A stretch of DNA of 63,435 nt, filler included, from Octopus bimaculoides (GCF_001194135.2; 9 parts of 8 records of this genome joined end to end with filler, not necessarily neighbours in it); one strand, 5' to 3'; shown: positions 23,831 to 36,984, numbered from the whole stretch's first letter. Made by a program: numbers and translations. Notes: generated by a model not told the origin, from the sequence alone.

Positions 23831-24559
23831 AGAAGCCTGTACTAAAAATGCTATTGTACACAAAATGTGATACAAAAATATAAAAGTAAATGCATAATAA
23901 ACTGTGTGAATGTCATCATAGAATCTCTTCAACCAGGTTTATAGAACTCAGATGCATCAAGACATCAGGTACAAGTTCTACACAATTAGAAGAGGGTAGT
24001 TCATGTCTACCAAGAGGAAACTGTGACTCAGAGGAAACGGTGCAATCATGTAAACAACTGGCCTCCTGAGAGGTGTCATCAGTTGGAGAAACCACCAGGC
24101 AGTTCTACAGTACCAAAAACTTATTACAGACTGCCATCATAGGTAATGGGCAACATAAGAGAGGATGGGAGACATCTGATTTTGGTTATGAAATCATTTC
24201 TGTAGTTTCATTGGATGTCATCAATGAGGCTGCAGATTGCTTAATTGAATGGCCTGTTTCCTTGATTTATTTAAGTTAAATATGTGTCCTGTTTTTCTGG
24301 GAAGTATGTTACTTTGTCGCTTTGGTGTCATTGTTTTCCCTTGTGCTTTGTTTTGTTCTCGGTTGCTTGGTGCACTCTGTGCAGGAGTGATTAGCACCCA
24401 CAAAGGAAGTTCATAAATTGGTCGGACAACTTACTAAAAAAAATTAGGCAGTTTTTGTTAATTAGGTGGCCTAATTACTGATAGAGCGACTCCAGTGAAA
24501 GTGTTGTAGCTAGAATAAGATATAAATGCATGACATTCAGGGAGCTTTTGTCTCTGCTA

Positions 24560-24770
24560 GCAACCAGGATGGCTTCCATGTGGTTGAGTAACCTGCTTAA
24601 AATAGCAGCTAAATAACCAAAAAATTTCACCTTGCCATTTTTACAAAGGTGAATTTATACTTGATAATGTAACACTAGATACAGTAACTGAAAAAATACC
24701 AAATGTTCATAGCTGGAACAGCTTGTATCAAATGCCTGCTTGATCAGAGCTGACTTGAAGATGAATACAT
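24560..24770 (-). repeat. Unclassified dispersed repeat (related copies at ~38010-38048 and 44900-45140, + strand)
   Basis: Diverged shared motifs: GTGTGATTT(T)AAGGGAGATTT at 38016 and 45085; CATTCCAG..GACCAT and CAG..CTGA.CA at 44930-44985 in reverse complement here. Confidence 0.4.
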
Positions 24771-25491
24771 TAAAGGCAAGGACCTAAATTACTTTAACCT
24801 GGTTGGACTATATTCAACCTTGTAGGGGACAATGAACCCATGTTTGAACTTGTGATCTGATCTAGGTCCCTATGGAGCTGGTCATTGTCCACTCAGACTG
24901 AAGCTGTAATTTAGTTCCTAGCCCTTAATATGATACAAAAAACTGAGCTTTTGTACCAACTTGAAATGAAAATTAAATTTTACCAAGTTCAACATGTCAT
25001 TGCTAAGAAAGCTGAATGAGTGGTGTTGGATTCTATGGTAAGTAAAGCTTAGAAAAAGTAGCTTTCCTAAGTATTCTTAATGTAAATGGATAACATTGAA
25101 TTTCAGATCAGCCTCGATCAAACAAACCAAAATTGTTCCAGAAACTTGTGATACTTGTGTAGATGATCAAGTGTTGCTAATTACCATTGTTAATGCAGAG
25201 AACCTGATTGGTCCATTAGAAACCTGCAACTAATAATATTACTGTTCAAAAAATGTGGCACAAAATATATATAAATAAATGCATAATATATTGAGTGAGC
25301 ATCATTACAAAAACTCTTTGGCCAGGTACTAGGACACAAAAAGTTCAATTTTAAAAGATTACACTAACACCTCAACACATTCTATCACTTCACCCACCCC
25401 ACCTCAAAAATGGTATGGTATTCCCAACAATTAATCTGATAATCAAGCGGTAAAAGTATTTGTATAGACATTATATGGGCATCAATATTAA

Positions 25492-25823
25492 TCTATATAT
25501 ATAAAAATGAGAATGTGTGTCTGTCTGTCTGTCTGTGTGTGTGTGTGTGTGTGTGTTTCCCTAAAACTCAAGAACTACACAACCAATTTCATTCAAATTT
25601 TACACGTGCCTTACTTAGGGTCCCAGTTGTGTTTTAGTAAAAAAAAATGTTTAACTTCTTGCATAGTTCAAGCCCACAGCAACATAATATCTCCTCCACT
25701 ATTTAAGTATTACGTGTCAAAAGTGAAACAAAAACACTCATGTCAAATACTTTCACTTTAAAAATGAAACTATTCCACTAACTGAAACAATCACATTTCG
25801 ATACTATAATGACAGATACTTTC
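25492..25823 (+). mobile_element. Non-autonomous Helitron-like element, 5' part
   Basis: A|TCTATATATATAAAAATGAGAATGTGTGTCTGTCTGTCTG..AACTACACAACCAATTTCATTCAAATTTTAC: a TC terminus plus CTGT microsatellite, typical of Helitron-N/DINE-like elements. Cut by a linker. Confidence 0.65.
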
Positions 25824-27149
25824 NNNNNNNNNNNNNNNNNNNNNNNNNNNNNNNNNNNNNNNNNNNNTTAATTAATTAANNNNNNNNNNNNNNNNNNNNN
25901 NNNNNNNNNNNNNNNNNNNNNNNGTTTCAGTAAATGAAACAGCTGAATGAAATGAATCGTAAACAATACGAAAATCAAGAAAGTGAAGGAAAAAATACAA
26001 ATCCATAAACGCATACAGCTAAGACAGTTGAGAGAGCTGTAGATTGATGGCAAGTAAAGGCTCTTTGATGAGTTGAGGGTGGGGAAACACGTTTTTTTTT
26101 TTTGTTTTATTGTTTATTTTTTCATTATTTAAGCTATTATAATTTCTTATTGTTAATAGAGAATGAAGAATGAGAGAATGTGCTTTTTTCTGTTATTTTC
26201 TTCTTTATTTCTGCTTTTGTTGTATTTTTCTGTTTATATATATATATTTATATATGTGTGTGTTAATCCATGATTTAGGGAGACAAGCAAGAAATAGGAA
26301 TATGTATATATCCAATTATATGTATATATAAAATATTAAGGATTACATTCCAATTAAAATCAGTAAAATTATAAATTATAATAAAATATGTTAAAATAAT
26401 GATAAAGAGTAATAAAGGTTTTCAATACAATAACGTATGGAAGCAGATATAATAAGCATCAGACAAGTACAAAAGTTTATCATAATGTGTATCGGCGTGC
26501 GTGTTTAAGAATTTCTGGATCTATATATGAGTATACAGAGTGTATATTATATATATATAGACAAAATCCAACAGAAGTCAAAACTTCGACAAATACGATT
26601 ATGTATGATAGTTAACTATAACATAATGTAATTAACTAATTATAATATAACAACATAATCATTAACTACGTAATAATATTTAAAATAAAATATGTTTGCG
26701 ATTAACGATATTTGTTATAGAAAAAAAAAAAAATTTTAAATTGTTTTAATGTAAGTTTCAAAAAATAAAATGATATAGGGTTATTTAAATCTATCATAAA
26801 AATCTTGTACAAATAATTTTTCCGCAGTTTTTATTCAAAAAGTGAATATAATAATACTATAAAATGTTTCCATCAAAATCTTTTAATTGGTTAACATTGG
26901 AATGAATCCTTATACATTAAATCTATAATGGATCTTGATGCTAAAGTGCAGAACGACCGAATTTTAACAAATGGAATGCGAACACTAAACTGTGACGAAC
27001 ACATGAAAATGTTATTAATATGATAACCACAAGAAAAGGTGAGAGTTTATACCCGTCCCCAAATTATCAGTGACCGTGTCAACGTAAATACTTTGAAATA
27101 ATAATAATCATAGTAATAATAATTATAATAATAATAACAATAATAATTC

Positions 27150-27316
27150 ATAGGCTTCTTGAAGCATCATCAGTAAACAATAGGAATTATTAAGAGGGTT
27201 CTTGAGGCATTATCTGTAAAAAAGTGTCACCTTAATCTGCTGTCTACGGACAGATATTTCCCGTCATACCCAGCATAAGCTGTGAGTTGTCATCAAATAA
27301 TAATAATAATAATAAT
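27150..27316 (+). mobile_element. Possible short R4/Dong-like 3' fragment between (TAA)n tracts
   Basis: ..TIGIIKRVLEA.. resembles the R4-type C-terminus, and (TAA)-rich tracts lie on both sides. Confidence 0.3.
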
Positions 27317-28170
27317 GATAACATAAAAGGGAAGAATGATTGGCGGACTCAATAATGTAACAATCAAAATATCTTGCACTATTCCGTGACTGTCAGCTAC
27401 GTTCTGAGATCAAATCACAGTTTGAGCTATTATGCACCTTTCAGCATTCTTCAAGAACAATAACTGTGAAGCACTGAAGGGCGAGGCGAGTTAATTGGCT
27501 ATTCATTACTCTGCCGAAAATGCGTGGTCTGGAGCCTATGGCTACGAAATTTTAAAGCAGCCCCTGTTCCCAGGATGCTTTTAGCGGCGTGTAACAGCAA
27601 GCGTCCAGCTTATGTCTCCGATATGCGCATTATCCTTCCCACTGGCCTCCTGGTTACTTAAAAGTGCAATGAACGCAGTACTTTATCCACTAATTAGAGA
27701 TGGATATTGACCAAATTATTAATATAACACGTATAAGAAAGCCATGGGTTTTCAGTCAGTAGAGAGGCTAAGAAAACTGACTTGAAGTGTTTAATAACGT
27801 TACCTTACGTTCTTTGTTCAAGTCCATCCAATTTTTATTTTACTCATTATCCTTCAGAGATTGGGGAAATAAAATATCAGTTAAATTCTGGACTTAATTC
27901 AATCCTTTGTCCAGTTTTTCTGATATTGTGGCTCCAAAATAATCATTAAAGCGAAAGATTTAATGCCGTAAGTCATTTAGTAACGCGTTTTACATTTTGT
28001 GTTCAAATCTTATCTGATGTAACTTTGATTTTCATCCTTGTCGGGATCGATAAAATGTTTCTATTTATTTAATCCATTTCACTGTTGTTAGGAATAGTTA
28101 TCACAAACATACAATACGTGTATACGCAAACTAAATAGTTAGAATAGTAACAACAATAATAATAATAATA

Positions 28171-28335
28171 ATGATTCAAAATTTTGGCACACGGCCAGCA
28201 ATTTTTGTGGGAGGGGTAATTCAAATATATCGACCCCAGTACTTGAGTGGTACTTTATTTTATCGACCCTTAAAGGATGAAAGGCAAAGTCAACGTCGGC
28301 GGAATTTGAACCCAGAACTTAAAGAATCGGAAATA
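28171..28335 (-). mobile_element. SINE family B
   Basis: CAAAATTTTGGCACACGGCC..TCGACCCCAGT..AAAGGATGAAAGGCAAAGTCAACGTCGGCGGAATTTGAACCCAGAAC. Confidence 0.82.
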
Positions 28336-28904
28336 ACAATAATATGAAAAACAATAAAGTAGAATCCAATTATCTAAAGGTGGATGCTGGTAATTTAATA
28401 AATTTAGATGGAAAGCTGCAAAAACCGTGAGTATCTAATTTTTTTTTTTTTTTTGGTCTTTATTAAAAAGAATTTGTCTATATTAAATATAAACATCAGT
28501 TAAAATGATTAACTCTAAACTATTATTGACTTGTAGTTAAATATTGAAATGTTGATATTTTATAACAGCATATGACGTCGATATATTTTTTTTCTGAGAA
28601 CACTTGAAAAAAAGTAAATTGCATATTTACATTAAATATATATAATCTCAATATTCAAGAACATGAACAACAAACGCACACAAACATATACACATGCATT
28701 ATTAGATATTTAACCTACCACCGAATTCCACTTGAAGATCATGCATTGTCTATAATCTTGTTCTGATGTAGAGATTTAATATTGTAAATTAAAGGAAAGG
28801 TGTTCTCAAACAATGATATTATGAAATAACACTTTTGAATGACTAGGATATAGCTTGATGACATAAGTATGGAGAAGATCACATATAAGTATAATAGCAA
28901 TCTA

Positions 28905-29120
28905 AGGTGTCAGCCCTGGAAGAAATGTTAGCTTGCCGAGCAAAATGCTGAGCTGTATTTCGTCCGCCTTTACGTTCTGAGTTCAAATTCCGCAATGGTT
29001 GGCTTCGCCTTTCGTACTTTTGCGGTCGCTAAATTAAGCCCCAGTTTAGCACTGAAATCGACGTAATCAACTTAGCCCCCCTCCCCCAAAACCGCTTGCG
29101 TTGTGCCAAAATTTGAAATA
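28905..29120 (+). mobile_element. Full-length SINE family B with 10-bp target-site duplication
   Basis: ATAGCAATCT at 28894-28903 and 29127-29136 flanks the complete head-to-tail copy. Confidence 0.85.
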
Positions 29121-30393
29121 ATTATTATAGCAATCTGGGGGTTTTGAGTGGATCTTTTGATATAATGTATTCCAGTATATAGTTAGAAAAGTTTGTGCTC
29201 TGAATTCACATTATACAATGGTCGACTTTGGCTTTTCTCTTTTCGGAAACGATGAAATCCAAGGTAAAGACAAATGCCAATTAAAGCAACTCTTTATCTC
29301 AAATATGACTCCTTATGTACATAGGAGAGACCAGCATTGTTGAAAGGTTGTTGAATTAATATACTCAATAGTTGGGGGTCAATGGGGTAACACAGAAATA
29401 GGGCGTTCAGTGGGCACCATTCCTACTCTTGAAGTGTCTCACTGGATGGGACGTAAGCTCGTTGCAATGTTAAACAATAATTGCTGTTTTCGTGCTAATT
29501 TTAATGTGGCCTAAATGGAATATCGTGAAATAAAGACACCTTACTAATGAAAACAAACCACTAGCCTATTCGGAAATAGAACTTGTTATCATCCACTAAG
29601 TCACGCACCAGAATGTTCAGAAAACCATCAGATGAATAGTCTTGTGTTGTGATTTCATATCCTAGCAGCCTCAACATTCATAACATGCTTCTTTACTAGT
29701 CAATGATACAAAGAGTGTTAAGATAAAATCAAATTAATGATAAGCTGTGAATCGAAGTTACGCATTAAAAACTTCACCATAAATGTGTAGACTACCTTTT
29801 TGTAGGGAAGTCTGAATCGTAAGAATAACAGACAAAATGGCTTCTGGCATTTATGACCTTTTCCATTCAGAGTCTCAATACGACTGGAGTGACAATTCCA
29901 GAAAACGTAGTGCCAATTCTAGAAAGCAATATATTCATGGCAATTAAATGTGACTCATCCACTATTGTGCATATAACGGGAGAGCAGAGTGTTAGCCATA
30001 TAATTACATTGTTTTACATATGATTCAATTGATAAGATGTTTGGAGGATAGATATGAGAGTATTAAGAAACATTTGTGTTATTTCACGTTGCTGCAGTTC
30101 ACTCCGCTGCAAAAATGAGTTCCGACCTCGCTGTGCCAAGCTGTATTGGCCTTTGACTTTCCCTTGGACAACAGCGGTGATAAGGAGAGAGGAGGCTGAT
30201 ATGCATGGGCGACTGCTGGTCTTCCATAAACAACATTTTCCGGACTTGTGCCTTGGAGAACTTATTAGGTGCAATCCCACGGTCATTCGTGACCGAAGGG
30301 GGTCTGTACGCTTTACACTACGATACTTCTATATAGAGATATAGATGATTTACAAATCCGGATATGTAACCAAGCGGCAGTGAAAGTAAAATA

Positions 30394-30593
30394 CGAGGAG
30401 ATATTGAAAACTTTCTGGTTTTCATACAAGAAAATTCAGGAGGATCAGTGAATTATTATATTTCCCTCTGAGATACACTTATTGCAGCGGTCCTTCAGTT
30501 TTTCTAAGTCCTGTAAAAGAACAGGGAACGTTGAGCCACCATCCAAGCGCTTAGCGATATCCTTAAAGCCAGGAACTTAGCAGCACCCACTCG
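30394..30593 (+). mobile_element. 200-bp mariner-type MITE with TA target duplication
   Basis: TA|CGAGGAGATATTGAAAACTTTCTGGTTTT ... AAAGCCAGGAACTTAGCAGCACCCACTCG|TA (diverged ~29-bp TIRs). Confidence 0.7.
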
Positions 30594-30873
30594 TACGTAC
30601 ACAACAAAAGAAAGGCATGTTCAGCAGAATGAGATTTTAGGTTTCCCATGACATCGCAAGATACACGATTATATCACATGCACAATAATGTGCATAAGAA
30701 CTGCTAGTTGTATTGAAATATTCATTCATAGAAATTTAAAGCCATCTGATATATGGCATGTATATATAGTGAATAAATACGTCAAAATAGATATACATAT
30801 GTAGGTATAAATATATATGTACGTATGTATATATGTCTAAATATATATTTATATGTACGTGTATATATATGTG

Positions 30874-30904
<31 letters not shown>

Positions 30905-30922
30905 CCATACACTACTCAAAAA

Positions 30923-30981
<59 letters not shown>

Positions 30982-31134
30982 ACGTGTTATTTAGATTTTC
31001 GTTTTTACTTCAATACACTTCCTTTCAAATACACATGCAGAAATTAATAAGTACACATCTCTGACAATTTAAACTGAAATGAGAATTATAAATAAGTATT
31101 ATATTTCCTACTACTTATTATTATTATCATTATT

Positions 31135-31320
31135 AAGGCTGTGAGCTGGAAGAACCGTTAAGTCGTCGAGCAAAATGCTTAGCAGTATTTCGTTTTAACG
31201 TTCTGAGTTCAAATTCTGCCGAGGTCATATTTGCCTTTCGGCTTTCCAGGATCGATTAATCAACTTTCCCGATCCCGATCCCGGTAAATTTCAGGCCTCA
31301 TGCCTTTAGTAGAAAGAATT
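31135..31320 (+). mobile_element. SINE family B with internal deletion
   Basis: AAGGCTGTGAGCTGGAAGAACCGTT..TTCTGAGTTCAAATTCTGCCGAGGTC..AAATTTCAGGCCTCATGCCTTTAGTAGAAAG. Confidence 0.8.
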
Positions 31321-32040
31321 GTTATTGTTATTGTTGTTGTTGTTATCGTCATCATCATTATTTTGTCTATTATGAAAGACTCTCTGATATTTCTTAATTA
31401 CCGGTTATTCTTTACTTGAAAGCAGGAAATAACAAACCAAAGATTTCAAGTAGTGCCTTCTCCTGTGACTCAAAGATACAATACTCTCCTTAGAATGCGA
31501 GCTGTGGCCACAATGCTGGATCATCTCGAGCCTGACAGCAGTTCTATTATTATTATTTCACATACGCTCAGCTAATTAGACTGTTGGAAAAGAAAAATTC
31601 CTAACATCGGGCTACAACGATTAACCTTAGTTTCCAAGAACCTGCCCAAATATTCTAGCTGTCCCTAATAACACTTTCGGGAGCTGTACAAAACTAAAGT
31701 TTTATGCCTTCGAAAATTTCTCCACTTCTTTCTTGACAAAATTTTGATCAGAAGGGACTTCAATATCTATCACTAAGCAGGTGTTTCTTCCCCAGTCTTT
31801 GAATATTATGTCTGAGCGATTAGTTTTTATATTTTTGTCACTTGAACCGGCATATTCCAGATGACTGTGGCTTGATCGTAGTCTTCTACCTTGTTTGGAT
31901 CATGCTTATAACCACCTGCTGTCAGTTTTGATGTTGTAACGTTGGCATATTACCCAGTGGATATAACTCTTTACGTCGTCGTGTCTGTATACATATTCAG
32001 ACTTGGCAATATTATCACCTTCATTATCATTATTAAGTTC

Positions 32041-32205
32041 AGGCGGAGAGCTGCCAAAACCCTTTACACGCCGGGCAAAAATACTTAGCGATATTTAATA
32101 AAATAAATACCAGTTAAGTAACGGGGCCGATGTAATCAACTTACCTCTGTCCCCTCCCCACCCCCAACATTCAGGCCTTGTGACTATACTAGAAAGGATT
32201 ATTAT
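32041..32205 (+). mobile_element. SINE family B, central deletion
   Basis: Head AGGCGGAGAGCTGCC..ACGCCGGGCAAAAATACTTAGCG joined to ATACCAGTT..GATGTAATCAACTT..CAGGCCTTGTGACTATACTAGAAAGG. Confidence 0.75.
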
Positions 32206-32483
32206 TATTTTTTTTATCATTATTGTTGGAATGTCCAATATTGTTATAGCGACTATTATTTTGATTAATTGTGACGGTGATACCGCCGAAAAAGTCATAA
32301 GTAACGAAATCCTTAATGAACATCCCTTTTGAAAACATCGGTTATCTTTGCGCTTTGATAATGAGACACTAATTGGAAGTTCCCTCGTCAAATTATATTT
32401 CACTCGAGTTCAGAGTATAATCTTCCAACCGGCCAATAATTACCGCTCGCATTCACATTTTATTAAATAATAATAATAATAAT

Positions 32484-32697
32484 AATCTTTTTTAAGGCAC
32501 AAGGCCTGAAATTTGTGGGGTGGGGGCTTGTCGATTATATCGATCCAAGTGTTTCACTGGTAATTAATATAATGACTCCGAAAGGATGAAAGGCAAAGTC
32601 GACCTCAGCGGGATTTGAACTCAGAACGTAGCGACGGGTGAAATACCATTATGCATTTCGTCTAGCGTGCTAACGATTCTGCCAGCTCACCGCCTTA
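32484..32697 (-). mobile_element. Full-length SINE family B
   Basis: GGCACAAGGCCTGAAATTT..GAAAGGATGAAAGGCAAAGTCGACCTCAGCGGGATTTGAACTCAGAACG..GCTAACGATTCTGCCAGCTCACCGCCTT. Confidence 0.88.
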
Positions 32698-32737
<40 letters not shown>

Positions 32738-32738
32738 G

Positions 32739-33000
32739 TTAGAGAACATCCCAGGAGAAACATGTCTCAAAAAAAAAAATCCGAAACACGGTGCTGATAA
32801 GTACTGCCCACATCCTTCGGAAAACCCTATCAATTTCAGTGTGTGTGTTGTATTATATGGAGGTATTTCTTAACTACCCTCGCCACTTACCCTCCTCAAG
32901 CTTTCAGTTATATCTCAACATGTCTTAACCTTCACTTTTCCTCGGGTGCTGTGTGTGTCCCGGCAAGTGATTGCATCAGACATGCTGAATAAAAGTAAAT
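32739..33000 (+). mobile_element. R4/Dong-like 3' end, same family as 15611-16388
   Basis: ENIPGETCL..VLISTAHILRKTLSI plus a UTR similar to 16260-16388. (TAA)n on both sides. Confidence 0.75.
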
Positions 33001-33024
33001 AACAACAATAATAATAATAATAAA

Positions 33025-33240
33025 CAAGTAAGTTTTTAGAACTATATCGGAGAAATCGGGATCGACATGAGGGTTAAACATGCTCAAAAAACGAATCTAT
33101 TGGGGATAGCGGGGAATTTTCAGTTTGGCATTTGGGTGTTAAGTTTCGTGGAAAGAGACCTTGGGAGACTTTTCATAACAGATTGCTGGCCGCTGTTACA
33201 GAATTAACTGGAGCTTCTGAAATCGAGAGCTTTGTAAAGT
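33025..33240 (+). mobile_element. Second R4/Dong-like 3' end (different family)
   Basis: NYIGEIGIDMRVKHAQKTNLLGIA.. resembles the ..QK..LLGTARILR R4-type C-terminus and follows a (TAA)n tract. Confidence 0.55.
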
Positions 33241-33334
33241 AATTTTTTTTTATAGTTTCAGCTCAGAGCTGCGGCCATGTAAGTAATAATAATAATAATA
33301 ATAATGATAGTAATAATAATAATACTGATGATGA

Positions 33335-33489
33335 TGCGCTTGGCACAACACCCAAATTGCTCCCTCGGAGACTAAAAGAAACTGAAATAGTGACTCACAA
33401 CAATACTAAAGAGATTTTTGGAGACTTGGTGTCTCCAAACCTCAGGATAACATCCCAAGTAATTGAATTAACAAGTGTACAAACTTTGG

Positions 33490-33521
<32 letters not shown>

Positions 33522-33630
33522 TAATAATATAATTACAACTTCTAACTTGTTGTCTCTTGAGGTCTCTGGGTGAGACTTGGATCAAACTTGTACAAATGCA
33601 AAGCAAAAGTCAAACATAGAATAATAATAA
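33335..33630 (+). mobile_element. Further short LINE-like 3' fragments separated by (TAA)n
   Basis: ALGTTPKLLPRRLKETEI.. and a GTCTCTTGAGGTCTCTGGGTGAGACTTGG tail, each ending in (ATA)n. Confidence 0.4.
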
Positions 33631-35119
33631 TAATAATAATGATAAAAACATCAATGATAATAATAATAACGACGACGAAGAAGAATTAAATACAAATAAA
33701 ACACAACACATCGATGTAAATAAGTAGTTATGGCAAACAACATATAAGGCTGTCCAAAGCAGTGATTATTACATAAAAGTCATATATAGAAATTAATAGA
33801 GAAATTTCTTGTTTATATTTTGTCTATCTTGTCATTTGTCTCTTTTTATATATTATTATGTATATTGTTGTTGTTGTTGTTGTTATTGGTATTATGATTA
33901 TTGTTATTGCCACCATTATTATTATTATTTGCTGGAGAGAGGAAAATTCATTCATCCTGTATGTTTTGGTTAATCAATTATGTTTTGCATGACACAACCA
34001 ATCGTTTCCTCCCACAATCATAAAATTAACCAAAAAAAAAAAAAAAAATGAAGCAATATCGCACAGTTTAAGACAAGGAATCATTTGCATCACCATTATA
34101 TATCGTAGTTTAGGCGGTGTGTTTGATTTCATCTGTGATAAAAAAAAAAAATGATATCCATGAATTTCTAAAATTTTGTATTGTTGTACACGTTATTCAT
34201 CGGTGTAAATTTAATTATTTGAAATACAATGTTTAACTATCTACAAGGGCTGGAATTCAGTAGGATGGACGTCNNNNNNNNNNNNNNNNNNNNNNNNNNN
34301 NNNNNNNNNNNNNNNNNTTAATTAATTAANNNNNNNNNNNNNNNNNNNNNNNNNNNNNNNNNNNNNNNNNNNNGCACGTTAATTTCACGAGCAGGCTGTT
34401 CCGTTGATCGGATCAAATGGAAGGCTCGACATCGTAAGCGACGGAGTGCCAACCGCTCCAGAATATATAAAATAAGGAATCAGTAAAGAACTAAGGTCGA
34501 TGTTATCGACTAATCCGCCTCCCTTCAAAATTGCAGGTTTTATGTCAACGTTATATACATAATGAATTCAAACCCAGTTGTGGTCAAGGAAGAAAACAAA
34601 ACAAAACAAAAAACCGTTTCAAGGATCGATGATGGCTACAAAACTGACCACTTTTGTGACCTTGATTCCATGCCCTCCACCACCACCACCGCCGCTTGGC
34701 TGCTTACGATAGTTTATTTTGCTGTGAATCAATAATAAGATTTATTTTTCTATCAATCAATGGAGATTGATCGAACATTAATTTTATTCTTCTTATATAT
34801 TTTTATCTGAATTACATCACTTCATTTCAATCAGCTTAGTGTGTGCGTATGCGCGTGTGTGTGTGTGTGTAAGCTATAGCAGTTGAAATATGTCACAAAC
34901 ATATTTTAACTTTGCTTGTGCCTAAACACTGTTTGGCGTTGATACTGTAACACACCAGCGTCTTGGTATATATATATATGAGAGAGAGGTTTTGATATAC
35001 AGAAGACCCAAAAGGAAGGTAAGGCTATGTAAGTGGTACGGAAGGACCGCTGTTAGATTCCAGGTTCGATAATAGTATGAGTGAGGAATCGAACGCGGGT
35101 CGTGCGTGAGCGTGTATAT

Positions 35120-35242
35120 GTTAAATAAAATGAGACAACCACAGCCAAGGCAGAGTGAAATTTCTAGGAAATTTAATTGTCGCTTTATAAATGTCCTAGA
35201 AATATCACACTGCCTTGGCTTTGTTCTCTCATTTTATTTAAC
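35120..35242. repeat. 123-bp imperfect palindrome (MITE-like hairpin)
   Basis: GTTAAATAAAATGAGACAACCACAGCCAAGGCAGAGTGAAATTTCTAGGA pairs with TCCTAGAAATATCACACTGCCTTGGCTTTGTTCTCTCATTTTATTTAAC. Confidence 0.9.
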
Positions 35243-36276
35243 ACACACACACATATATAATGTATGCATGTATAATGAATATAATTAAGAACTGAGTATG
35301 TGAGAGTGCGCGCGTGTATATATATATATATATATATNNNNNNNNNNNNNNNNNNNNNNNNNNNNNNNNNNNNNNNNNNNNNNNNNNNNNNNNNNNNNNN
35401 NNNNNNNNNNNNNNNNNNNNNNNNNNNNNNNNNNNNNNNNNNNNNNNNNNNNNNNNNNNNNNNNNNNNNNNNNNNNNNNNNNNNNNNNNNNNNNNNNNNN
35501 NNNNNNNNNNNNNNNNNNNNNNNNNNNNNNNNNNNNNNNNNNNNNNNNNNNNNNNNNNNNNNNNNNNNNNNNNNNNNNNNNNNNNNNNNNNNNNNNNNNN
35601 NNNNNNNNNNNNNNNNNNNNNNNNNNNNNNNNNNNNNNNNNNNNNNNNNNNNNNNNNNNNNNNNNNNNNNNNNNNNNNNNNNNNNNNNNNNNNNNNNNNN
35701 NNNNNNNNNNNNNNNNNNNNNNNNNNNNNNNNNNNNNNNNNNNNNNNNNNNNNNNNNNNNNNNNNNNNNNNNNNNNNNNNNNNNNNNNNNNNNNNNNNNN
35801 NNNNNNNNNNNNNNNNNNNNNNNNNNNNNNNNNNNNNNNNNNNNNNNNNNNNNNNNNNNNNNNNNNNNNNNNNNNNNNNNNNNNNNNNNNNNNNNNNNNN
35901 NNNNNNNNNNNNNNNNNNNNNNNNNNNNNNNNNNNNNNNNNNNNNNNNNNNNNNNNNNNNNNNNNNNNNNNNNNNNNNNNNNNNNNNNNNNNNNNNNNNN
36001 NNNNNNNNNNNNNNNNNNNNNNNNNNNNNNNNNNNNNNNNNNNNNNNNNNNNNNNNNNNNNNNNNNNNNNNNNNNNNNNNNNNNNNNNNNNNNNNNNNNN
36101 NNNNNNNNNNNNNNNNNNNNNNNNNNNNNNNNNNNNNNNNNNNNNNNNNNNNNNNNNNNNNNNNNNNNNNNNNNNNNNNNNNNNNNNNNNNNNNNNNNNN
36201 NNNNNNNNNNNNNNNNNNNNNNNNNNNNNNNNNNNNNNNNNNNNNNNNNNNNNNNNNNNNNNNNNNNNNNNNNNNA

Positions 36277-36347
36277 GAAAGGAAGGAAAGAGAGAAAGAG
36301 AGAGAGAGAAAGGAAGGAGAGAGAGAAAGAGAGAGAGAGAAAGGAAG

Positions 36348-36384
<37 letters not shown>

Positions 36385-36620
36385 TAAGGAGAGAGAGAAA
36401 GAGAGAAAGTAAGGAGAGAGAGAAAGAGAGAAAGTAAGGAGAGAGAGAAAGAGAGAGAGAGAGAGACGAGAGAAAAAGAAAGCGTAGAGAAAATGCAAGG
36501 AAAGAGAAATAGAGTAGAACGAGAGAAAGAGAGAAGTGAAAAAGAAAAAGAGAAAGCAGGGGGAGAAAGAGTGAGGGAAGAGGGAAAGAATGAGAGAGAA
36601 ACAAAGAGAGAGAGACTGAC
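36277..36620. repeat. Polypurine (GA/GGAA/GTAAGGA) low-complexity tract
   Basis: Direct reading. Confidence 0.9.
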
Positions 36621-36939
36621 AGAGCTAAAACAAAATGTCAGCTTGTTCTTCAGAGTGTGTCGTGTATATAAATAATATGTTGGTCATACAGGGGCAGATA
36701 TACGTCACGACTCAAGATACGATGACAGACACTGCATTTTCAGTACATGTTGAGTAGCCTAAAGTACAGGAAATCAGGTGAGAGCAAGTGTTCAGGTAGT
36801 TTAAGATAGTTCACGAGAAAAATTTATACCTTTAGTCTTCTTATTCATGTGTTGGTTTGTGTGTGTGTGTGTGTATGCGTGTGTTAGTCTCTGTGTGTTT
36901 ACTCACACGTATATAAAAATATATACAAAAACCGTATAT

Positions 36940-36984
36940 ACCAACCACATGGTTCCGAGTTCAGTCCCACTGCGTGGCACCTTG
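36940..36984 (+). mobile_element. SINE family A head fragment cut by linker
   Basis: ACCAACCACATGGTTCCGAGTTCAGTCCCACTGCGTGGCACCTTG. Confidence 0.8.

Noticed and set aside
30100-30325. GC-richer block that looks like a dispersed repeat (also 34374-34460 and 27470-27690)
   Set aside because: Single occurrence in this window with no termini, TSD or coding motif that I can demonstrate; it needs a repeat-library search.
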